Shown: one piece after another, positions 51,076 to 61,304 of the stretch
How the letters are laid out: each line of letters begins with the position of its first letter
Numbering within the stretch: the stretch's first letter is position 1
Assembly (NCBI GenBank): GCA_964016885.1
Contig: OZ024743.1
Coordinates: 102,176,001-102,240,000, forward strand
Origin: Eledone cirrhosa
Taxonomy: Eukaryota
Direction of reading: 5' to 3'
DNA length: 64,000 bases
Notes under the pieces: model-generated
What the model was told of the DNA's origin: nothing
What the model saw: only the letters and a program-made list of their open reading frames with translations
The model's database searches: none
Position numbers and translations under genes: made by a program

Positions 51076-51857
51076 CATGCATCCATGCATATTGAAACCG
51101 ACGCAGGCCATTTTGTACGCCTTAACTTTAGAAACATATCTGTCTATATCTAGCATACAGCAGTTATGTTATAAAAACTGACTTTCTAAATATATATATC
51201 AAGTTTCATAAGAGATTGATAGTAAAGAAATTGTAGTTTCTTTCCCCTCTACCTATTATCGGAAAAAAAAAATATTGTATATTGATTTCATTCTATCTTA
51301 CTTTAGTTATTTATTTATTTTGAGAATTACTTCTATGAAATATCTATGTTCAACGAGAAAGCGAAAAGAAATATTCTTAAGTCTTAAACGACGAACAAGT
51401 CACGCATGCGTACACAAACGCACAAACGCACTCACACACTCGCACTTTTACAGACATAGACACAGACACAGACACACAGACACAGACACACACACACACA
51501 CAATTATATATATATATATATATACATACATATATATATATGGACAGAAACATAGTGAGATAGAACGTACTTAGAGAATATTGTATTTTCAGCATGAGAG
51601 ACTAACAATATTTACTTATGGTTCTGGATATAGTATTGTAGAGAGAAAGGGAAAATGTGGATAAAATATGAGAAATAACATAAATTCAGTATAATAGTTA
51701 CAGCCAGTAAGTAACAGCAAACAGTCTAGATTAAATTTTGGAACACTTTCAGAAGGATCATAAACATTTTGAGACTATCTTTTTTTATAATACTTAATCT
51801 ACAGGGTATTCATCCACACAAGTATATCTATTTTCCAGACCAGTCAAAATAATAATG

Positions 51858-52441
51858 ATTTCTACTATAGGCACAAGGCCAGCAAATATCCAGTACATTA
51901 CTGGTACTTTTATTTTATCGACCTCGTAAAGATGAAAGGCAAAGTTAACCTCGGCGGGATTCGAACTCAGAATGACAAGGGCCGTAAGTCTATGCGTCAA
52001 AGCATAGCGTCCGACGCTCTACAGATACTGCCAATCCACCGCCCTATATATATATAATAATTGTTTCTACTGTTGGCACAAGGCCAGCAAATACCTAGTA
52101 CATTACTGGTACTTTTATTTTATCGACCTCGTAAAGATGAAAGGCAAAGTTAACCTCGGCGGGATTCGAACTCAGAATGACAAGGGCCGTAAGTCTATGC
52201 GTCAAAGCATAGCGTCCGACCCTCTACAGATACTGCCAATCCACCGGCCTATATATATATAATAATTGTTTCTACTTTTGGCACAAGGCCAGCAATTACC
52301 CAGCACATTACTGGTACTTTATTTTATCGACCCCGTAAGGATGAAAGGCAAAGTTAACCTCGACGGAATTTGAACTCAGACAGTAGTGGGATGTAACTAT
52401 GCTAGAAAGCATGGCGTCAACTATCTACCAATACTGCCAAT
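51858..52441 (-). mobile_element. Three SINE copies in head-to-tail tandem
   Basis: Units ~51858-52046, 52060-52250, 52266-52441 separated by (TA)n-ATAAT. Confidence 0.9.
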
Positions 52442-52621
52442 ATAATAATAACTACGAGATGGCCTGGGGTTGACCGGGATTTGCCCTAGGGTTCTTATAT
52501 ATTTGATATATATTTATCCTTATCGAGCTTCGTGAAATAAATACCTTTGTTTATATTTTGTTTTTCTGTATGCAAAATATCTGTACACGAATATATAATT
52601 ATATATATATATATATAAATA

Positions 52622-53296
52622 TAAGTATGTATACGTACTTACATATTTGTATACAGACGTACACTAGTATGTATATACATACATGCACACATATATATAT
52701 ATGTACGTCTGGGTTTACCGAACATTTATTATAATTCTCGGTTTGTTTGTAAACAAACAGCCCGAATTAGTAGCCGTACAGTGTTCGGCAACCATTGTTG
52801 CCCTTTTGTTCAACACTGACAAAGGTACGATGAACTAGTTTCTAGCTTATTGGCTCTCATCAGCAACGTTAACCTTCCTCTCAGTCGATTGAACGTTTGA
52901 AAGCATATACGTTCCTTATGCATATTAACGACTGAGCAGCCTAATTTGCATATCGAGTGAGATAGTCGGCCGGGTGTACCGAAAACGATAAATTGAAAAA
53001 GATGAAATTTCATTTCTATTTCTCACTCTTAGTACGCCTGATACTTAAATCTAAGTATGTATACGTACATACATATATGTATACAGACGTACACTAGTAT
53101 GTATAAGCATACATACATGCACACATATATATACGTACGTATGAGTTCACCGAACATTTATTATAATGCTCGGTTTGTTTATAAACAAACAGCACGAATT
53201 AGTAGCCGTACAATGTTCGGCAACCATCGTTGCCGTTTTGTTCAACACTGACAAAGGAACGATGAACTGGATTCTAGCTTATTGGCTGTCATCAGC
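52622..53296. repeat. ~245-bp imperfect direct repeat, ~430-bp spacing
   Basis: 52622-52865 aligns with 53052-53296. Confidence 0.85.
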
Positions 53297-53447
53297 ACTA
53301 ATTCTAATTCGGACTGTTTGTTTACAAAACACCCACGGGACCATAAGTATTACATGTGTAAAGTTTGAAAAACCTCGGTTGGGTAGGTCTCGAGTTTTAG
53401 TGATTAGATAGACAAACAGACATTCTCCGCTTTAGTAATATAGATAA

Positions 53448-53622
53448 TGTTTTCTGATATAGGCACAAGGCCAGCGTGACTGGTACTTTATTTTATCGAC
53501 CCCGTAAGGATGAAAGGCAAATGTAACCTCGGCGGGATTTGAACTCAGATTATAAAGGACCGTAACTCTATGTTGCAAAGCATGGTGTCGGACCCTCTAC
53601 CGATACTGCCAATCCACCGCCC
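53448..53622 (-). mobile_element. tRNA-derived SINE
   Basis: Reverse complement of consensus; head abuts (AAT)n. Confidence 0.88.
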
Positions 53623-53680
<58 letters not shown>

Positions 53681-53683
<3 letters not shown>

Positions 53684-54850
53684 TCCCGAGCTGTGTCTAT
53701 TATTAGGTACAGTGCGGGAATTCTGAGATGGAATGTTGCTGAACAGAAAGAAATGGATAGGAAGACTAGGAAGCTATTGACTATCTACAACATGTTCCAC
53801 AAGAGGAGTGATGTCGATAGACTCTACCTAAGGAGATCTGAGGGTGGAAGAGGTCTTATCAGCATAGAGGACTGTGTTCAGATGGAGAAAAACAACCTAT
53901 ACAAATACGTGACCTATAGTAAGGAGCCAATGCTCAGAGCTGTACTGAAGGAGGGGACAGTAGGCCAGGGGATGTCCAGGGAGGAAATAACATCAAGGAG
54001 GAAGAGCAGCCTTAAGGGAAAACCCCTTCATAGTACCTTCTTTGAGAAAACTGAATTTAGAGATCCACAGACATGGAACTGGTTGAGAAGAGGAGACCTC
54101 AAAAAGGCTACAGAAGGAATGCTAATGGCTGCGCAGGAGCAGGCCCTCAAAACGAAGTGGTTGAAGCACCATATCTACAAGGAGGAGGCCAGCCCACTGT
54201 GCAGGATCTGTGGAGAGAGAGAGGAGACTGTGGCTCACATTGTGTCCGAGTGTAAACACCTAGCCCAGACCCACTATAAGGGCTGGAGACACGATGTGAT
54301 GGGTAGGGTGATCCACTGGCACCTGTGCAAAGTAAACAATCTACCACATTCTGAGAAATGGTATGAGCATAGGCCAGAGGCGGTGATGGAGAACAATCAG
54401 GTGAAGGTGCTGTGGGATTTTAGGATACAGACGGACAAAAAACTGGAACACAATAGACCTGACCTGGTGGTTGTGGACAAAGAAAAAAGATCGTGCCTGA
54501 TTGTGGATGTGGCCTGCCCGTTCGACACGAGAGTGCAAGAGAAGGAGAGGGAGAAAATTAACCGATACCAGGACCTAAAGTGGGAGGTGAAAAGGATTTG
54601 GAACTGCAATGAAGTCAAAGTGATCCCGATTGTCATAGGCGCACTGGGGACTATCTCCAAAAGTTTCCAGGGATGGTTAAAGAAAATCGGCCCCTTCACG
54701 CTTTTTGGAACGCTTCAAAAGGCATGCTTGCTTGGAACAGCAAGAACCCTCCGATACGTCCTGAATATCTGAGGCTGCAGGTAGTGGCTTGATATTCAAT
54801 CCAACGGACTTTCCAGTTAACCAACATCAATGACTGAGATTCAAGGAATA
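53681..54850 (+). mobile_element. 5'-truncated R4/Dong-like REL LINE in (AAT)n
   Basis: Uninterrupted ORF to 54772 with CRICGEREETVAHIVSEC, RHD, RPDLVVVD…IVDVACP…EKINRY, PIVIGALG; 5' part nearly identical to 63736-64000. Confidence 0.92.
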
Positions 54851-54877
54851 ACAATAACAATAATGATAATAATAATA

Positions 54878-54962
54878 ATATCTGAGGCTGCAGGTAGTGG
54901 CTTGATATTCATTTCAACAAACTTTCCAGTTAACTAACAGCAATGACTGAGACTCGAAGAAC

Positions 54963-54963
<1 letters not shown>
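54878..54963 (+). mobile_element. R4/Dong-like LINE 3'UTR-only insertion
   Basis: Repeats 54766-54850 with a few differences; (AAT)n on both sides. Confidence 0.85.
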
Positions 54964-55002
<39 letters not shown>

Positions 55003-55238
55003 TTTTCTTTATTGGCCACAAGGGCTGACATCAAGAAAAACATCACAGACAGAACAGGACGGTACGATGTGGGTTTTGTGCGTGTAAATATTTTTATATA
55101 TTTATATAAGAAAAGAAAAGACATAAAACATATATATATATAAACAATAAAATGAAAATTGGCGAAAACCACACAAAAGACCACGGTCACCCTGACTACC
55201 AGGGCAAGCGCCCTCTCTCAATTTTTCCATCTCTCAAA

Positions 55239-58200
55239 CTACAGACGGATATTCAGAGTGGTCCCATTCACTCGGACCATTCTCGCTACATTCACCCACC
55301 TTTCAACAAACTTGCTAGAAAGCAGCACTTGCCTCTCCACCCTGATTTTCCTCTTCAAGTGAAACTTGAAAAAGTTAATTAGGGATTCGCCGAAGAGGAA
55401 AGTGTTTGTCTTTAATCCTTTTAACCTTGTCCACCACACAATCTCTTTCGCCATGGCCACCAGGCAGATGAAAACCGCCTGCCTTTCCTCCTCAAAGGAA
55501 GACGGCAAGACCATCTGCACAATGGACTCAGTCGACAACCGGATCAGTCCCACACGTGACAGCAACTGTTCGACATAGCTCCACTAGTCAGCAATGCTCG
55601 GGCACTGAACGAGTCCGCGCACAACGGTTTCGTCGCTATGCACGCATCTCGGACAGGCTCGGCTGACGGCACTTCCGTGCCTGTAGAGCTTATCTCGAAC
55701 CGGCAGCGCTCCCCGGTAGCACTGCCAGGCCAGGGATTTTTGGAAGTTATCCATAGGCCCCGGGCTGAAAGTTCTCCGGAAGAGAGCAAGCAGCTGATCT
55801 TCTTCGACGCCCAGGATCTCTCCGAGAACGTCGTCTCTCTTCCCCTCCACTAGTCCTCTATAGAACGCCGAGGTGGATGTTCCACCGATACTGGTGCACA
55901 ACTGGGAGAGGGCAGTGAGCGCCTGGAGGCATTCCAGTTTCCAAGCGCTATCCCTCGGTCTTTTTCTGACCCAGGACTGCAGCTCCGTCAAGGAGACGAG
56001 CTGTGGGAAAATGTGCCTGGCGAACGGCGACCACACCGGTTCACCATCAAGGAAACACCAGAGATGTCGCAGCCTTAGCGCATGTTTGCGCATCATCAGC
56101 CATGGCATGCCCAGTCCTCCACGCAACGGGTGTTGACAGCAGATGGATCGTCTAACCATGGGAGCGCGTCCCTTCCACACAAAGCGGAAGAGGAGGCGCT
56201 CCATTTTGGTGAGAGATTGGGCTGGAGCAAGGGACAACGGTGAGGCGGTAGCAGATGACGGATGCGATGTACGCATTCGCCACTTCCGCCCGGCCTTTCA
56301 GGGACAGCTTCCTCTCAGCCCATTTCTGGGTGAGGGAGGCCACCCTGCTCGTCACCTCGTTCCAGTTTTTCTCCATCTGGAGGTCCGGTCCGAACCAGAC
56401 CCCGAACAATTTAACCGGTCCGTCCGTCCAACGCCCCACGACGCTGTCGGACGGCATGGAGTTGCCTCTCCAGGTGCCTAGCTGCAAACCCACCGACTTT
56501 TCCTGGTTTATCTTTGCTCCTGTCACCGTTTCGTATTCCTTGAGAGCGGTGCCGAGCATCTGGACGTGTCTGGTCCTCGACACCACCACGGTGACGTCGT
56601 CAGCGTAAGCCGACTCGGATTTCCCGCATCCTAGTTCGCGTGGGATGCCCCTCATCGCCCCCAGTTTGTGCAGTAACGGTTCGAGAGCTAATACGTACAA
56701 GAGGGACGAGAGGGGACAACCCTGGCGGACTGAGCGCATGATGCTGAACGGCTGCGACAGGTGACCGTTCACCCTCACAACTGAGCAGATGTCGCTGTAC
56801 ATTGCTGCGATCCAACGCTTGAAAACGGGCCCGAAACCGGCTGCCTCGAGGACCGCAGTCAGGTACCGATGGTCGACCCTATCGAATGCTTTGGATTGAT
56901 CCAAGTTGATCAGGGCTCCACCCTTGCCAGGTTCCTTAACCACCCTCTCTATGATGTATCGCATGAGGTGGAGGTTGTCGTGTATGGATCTGTCCGGGAT
57001 GGCGCATGTCTGCGCCTCTCCCACCAGACCCTTGACGACAAGCGTCAACCTCGTTGCTAACACCTTGGCCAAAATCTTGAACTCTGCCTTTAGCAGAGTT
57101 ATGGGCCTGAAATTATCAATAACATCCCCCTTGTTCGGGTCCTTTCTCAGCAGCGCTACTGCTCCCCGGCTAACAAAACTGGGAATGCTCCCGTTCTGCT
57201 CCCAGTTGCAGTAGAGGTCTGCCAAGAGGTCACCGAACAAATCTTGCATAAATGCATAAAGCTCGTAGGGCAGACCCTCTAAACCTGGCGATTTACCTCT
57301 TGTGCAGTTAGCCATTGCTTCCCGTATTTCACCGGCTGTTATCGGCTTTTCGCAACACTGTGCTGCGGTCGTCGAGAGACGAGGCAGTCCGTCGAGGTAT
57401 GCACTGAAGTCCATGTCCCGATCCGGGCCGCCGCCGCTCCCGAACAGTTCAGCAAAGTGCTGCTGAAAAGCTTCACACATCCGCTCGGATTCGAGCATCA
57501 CGCACCCGTTTTGGTCAGACAAAGACCGAATTGTGGCTTTATTGCCACGTCGCGCTTCTGCCACCCGGGCCCATTGGACGGTTTTTGTCCCCTCGTGTTT
57601 CAGAGCACGCGTTCTAGCTCTGACAACGCAGCCTTCGTGTTTTGCGTTGAAGAATTGGTCGAGTGCCAATCTCGCCGCAAGCACGTCGGTTGCGATGCCT
57701 GTCCTAAACGCCTCTTCTAGCTTTCTGACTAGCTCTCCCTCTACTCTATTTTCCTCTATCACTACTCCTTTGCTAAACCTAATCGACTCTACTTTAATTG
57801 CCCTTTTCAGGGCGAACCACCACCTGTTGTTGACGACCGCTTAACTACGCTCGCTTAACTAATACGCTAATCCGGTCTCTGTAGGCCTTGCGCGCCGGGA
57901 AAGACGCGTTCAGCTTCCAGTAACCAGGCCCTTGTGTATGAAGTCTGTCTATGTCGATCTCACAGATCACAAATTTGTGGTCTGTGTAGTCGACTATTTG
58001 AAATTGTGGACAACTTATACTAGCCTTATCTAGTTCCCTGCAGAATACCCTATATAGATACGATCTGGATGACCCGATGCGGTTTGTCCATGTCCACATT
58101 GGCACATTCGGGTGATCCAGTCGATACCTATCAGACAGTTCAAAACGTCTGAGCAGGTTGGTGAGGCTCTTGCACCCTCCTCCCCTATCCACTAGCCCCA

Positions 58201-58656
58201 CATGATCCCAGCGTGCATCCAAGATACCGTTCCAGTCCCGCACTAACACTAAAGAGCGGGACGTTCCAAGAAAGGTCTCTAGACGTCTGAAGAAATCTGG
58301 CCGTCCTGCCCCTGTTGGGGCGTAGTCTGCTACTAGCCTGAAAGCATTGCCTTCGCTGCCGGTCACGTCCAGCACCACCGACTTAACTTCTGGGTCCAGG
58401 AAGATGGCCCGTATCGCGAGATCCAAGCCTGTCCGAAAAAGGACGCAACCCCTCCCCCCGATCCTGGACGCCTGGGAGATGCGTATACATCGTAGCCGCC
58501 GAAGATCGGTGCGAAGGCCCGTGCCTCGGAGATTCTGGTTTCACTGATGGCCACCACATCTATGTTTAGTGACCTGAGGTCATTGAGCAGGTGACCCTGC
58601 TTCCAAGATGACCCCAGGCCACGTGCATTTATACTGCCTATTCTGAGTACAGCCAT
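55239..58656 (-). pseudogene. LINE ORF2 APE endonuclease-RT, broken by several frameshifts and stops
   Basis: MAVLRIGSINARGL, ISET, TDHK, GPGYWKLN, LDQSKAFDRVDH, RQGCPLS, AYADD, CPRC. Confidence 0.92.
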
Positions 58657-58688
58657 GTTGGATGAGAAACGGGGCAAATGAGAAAGGG

Positions 58689-60143
58689 TCACTTACCTTG
58701 TTCGTGTGATGAAGGGACAGTAGAACCGTCCCTTTCGCTGGTCATGGGTGTTTCCAAGAGGATGTCAGTGTATATCCTTTTGGTAACCGTCCCTCTGAAG
58801 TCTCCAACTGAGTTGGGGAATTTTTGTTTTAAAGGTTTGTATTGTTCTAATGAGATTTCGATGATGCTTATGTTTGTTGGGAGAGTTCTTGGTGTTGGTG
58901 GGGTGTAGTAATTTTTTTCCGTGATGTCTGTGTGCTGCTTTATATATTTTATGAGTTCTTTTTTTGCTATGTTTATGGCTGTGTACTTTTTTTGGGGGGG
59001 GGGGGTGATTTTGTTGCCGTTTTCTTCTTGTTGCTGTTTGGTGTGTGTGTCTTGTGTTTGCGTTGTTGGTGTTTGAGGTGGTGTTGCTGCAAGTTTACTT
59101 GCTACCTTTACCCCTCTGTGTATGCCTTCGCTTTTGGAGGGTGAATCTAAGGGTTTTTTTCTTTTTTGTTTTTCGTGGCAGACTGTTTGCCACGTTACTC
59201 CCGCCTCAAACTCCATGTCGGATTCTGTGGCGTCTGGGAGGGGTATATGCTCCACGGCTGTTGGTGGTGGTAGTGGAGCCCTCTTCGGCAATGTTGTTGC
59301 TGGTGTAGCTATTTCAAATGTAGCTATTGGTGTTGCCGCTACTGATGATGCTGCTTTAGTTATCCGTGGCCTTGGTACGGGTGCTACGGACGTTGCCCTC
59401 CTACTCACCGTGGAAGGGGCTTCTTCGTTTGTTGCCTGTCCTGCTCTTGGTAGCAGCGGACCAGGTATTGGAAGGAGAGGGGGCCTCTTCGGTGTCTTCT
59501 GCGGGCAAAAGGCCCTGAAGTGACCTTTCGACCCACAGAGATAACATTTTGGCCGTCTTCCTTCTACACTTATAGGGAGTTGGAGTCCTCCCTCAAAGTC
59601 TATGATATCGGGGATAGCCTCGATACATTCCTGGTCAGTTTGTATAAGCATTTGCATGCCTATACCTGACCAGTTCTCTCTCCCTATTTTTTCTACTTGC
59701 AGCATGGTCGCCCTGTTCTCAATTCCAGAAAGAACAGACGCGGCTAGCCAAGGTATGGGCACGTCGGGTGGGACCTGGGTCACTTTGACCCTCACAATTT
59801 TCTGCCCGCAGTAGGAGGGCACCAAGACTAACTCCTCACTCTTTAGGCTTTCCAAAGAGTGAGACTTTGCTTCCTGGTGTGTGGCGAAAAGTACGTCTAC
59901 TGTGGCGTACTTTCTGCCTCGGGTGATGTGGGTTTTGCGTGCCCAGACGCACCCCAAGGCCTTTTGGATTTGAGCCTCCGTGGCTCTCTCCACTCGATGT
60001 GAGATTTTGCTTACGGTGCGGTAAGTCACCGTTCGTAGCTGCTGGTCCTTGAAAAAATCGGGTGGAGGTTTCAGGGAAACTCTATTTGCGCTTCTTGTCA
60101 CCATGGCCCTTGCGACTGCCATCTCCTCCTCTGTGACTAACAC
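58689..60143 (-). CDS. LINE ORF1 with CCHC zinc knuckle
   Basis: VEGRRPKCYLCGSKGHFRAFC; N-terminus possibly continues in the 60137-60712 frame. Confidence 0.8.
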   Translation of the reverse strand: MLVTEEEMAVARAMVTRSANRVSLKPPPDFFKDQQLRTVTYRTVSKISHRVERATEAQIQKALGCVWARKTHITRGRKYATVDVLFATHQEAKSHSLESLKSEELVLVPSYCGQKIVRVKVTQVPPDVPIPWLAASVLSGIENRATMLQVEKIGRENWSGIGMQMLIQTDQECIEAIPDIIDFEGGLQLPISVEGRRPKCYLCGSKGHFRAFCPQKTPKRPPLLPIPGPLLPRAGQATNEEAPSTVSRRATSVAPVPRPRITKAASSVAATPIATFEIATPATTLPKRAPLPPPTAVEHIPLPDATESDMEFEAGVTWQTVCHEKQKRKKPLDSPSKSEGIHRGVKVASKLAATPPQTPTTQTQDTHTKQQQEENGNKITPPPQKKYTAINIAKKELIKYIKQHTDITEKNYYTPPTPRTLPTNISIIEISLEQYKPLKQKFPNSVGDFRGTVTKRIYTDILLETPMTSERDGSTVPSSHEQGK

Positions 60144-60939
60144 TGTCTCGATATTTTGGGCGACACCTGCAAAAGAATGGTCCCTTTTTCAGCAGCACAA
60201 CTATTGCTGCCGCTACTGGTCTTACTGGTGGTGCTGAGGTCGCTATTACAGGTATCGGTGTCATTGTTGTTCTTTTCGCTGGTACAGTTGTTGGTGTTGT
60301 TTTCGTTGATACTGTTGCTGCTGTTACTGTTATTGTGGCTGTTGTTATTATTGTTGTTTTTGTTGATACTGTTCCTACTATTATTGTTGTTGTGGCTGTT
60401 GTTATTATAATTTTTATTGTCGTTCTCGACCTTACCGCTGTTATTTTTGTTATTGTCGTTCTCGACTTTACCGCTGTCATTTTTGGTGTTGTAGTTGGTG
60501 ATGTTGTTGGTGTTATTGTTGGTGTTGTTTGTGTTAGAAATATTTGTTAATTTTAAATCTGTAACAATCTTTTTTTCCTTTGTAATATTTTCGTTTATAT
60601 TTACCTCCGCTGGAACGCTGTCTTGTTGACATGCTGATAAAGTCTCCCTCTCTCTGTGTTGTCTGACAGCGCTCTCTCTCTTTTTTGTGTTATCCATGTT
60701 GAAATTTTTCAAAAAATATTTTTACACAAATACGAATACGACACCCCGTAAAGGGGTGCCGTATTATTTACTAGTGAACCCCTGTATTAGGTGGGTCACT
60801 TCTTCTAAACTTTTATCAAATTTAAAACTTGAATAAAAGGTTTAGAACGCTTGAAAAAGAGGTAAAACGTTGAAAAAGACTGGAGGCGATAAGAAGCGTG
60901 GCTTCACCAACCAATAATAATAATAATAATAATAATATT

Positions 60940-61221
60940 AATAGGAGAACTAGAAAATTAACCGATACGAGGACTTAAAGTGGGAGGTAAAAATGATTTG
61001 GAACTGCCATGAAGTCAGAGTCGTCCCGATTGTCATAGGCGCACTAGGTACTATCTCAAAGAGTTTCCAAGGATGGTTAAAGAAAATTAGTCCAGCCCCG
61101 CTTTTTGGAACACTTCAAGAACCCTCCGATACGTCCTGAATATCTGAGGCTGCAGGTAGCGGCTTGATATTCATTTCCACAAACTTTCCAGTTAAATAAC
61201 ATCAATGACTGAGACTCAAAC
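60940..61221 (+). mobile_element. Diverged R4/Dong-like LINE 3' fragment
   Basis: Homologous to ~54545-54845; (AAT)n on both sides. Confidence 0.88.

Positions 61222-61302
<81 letters not shown>

Positions 61303-61304
<2 letters not shown>

Larger units (their letters stand above)
55001..60912 (-). mobile_element. Full-length Tx1/L1-like LINE (frameshifted) inserted in (AAT)n
   Basis: 5'UTR, Asn-rich upstream ORF, ORF1, ORF2 (APE-RT), 3' GTGGCCAATAAAGAAA followed by (ATT)n; (AAT)n on both sides. Confidence 0.93.

Noticed and set aside
53570-53680. N-terminus of the 400-aa ORF
   Set aside because: Comes from antisense SINE plus (AAT)n, in frame by chance with the truncated LINE ORF
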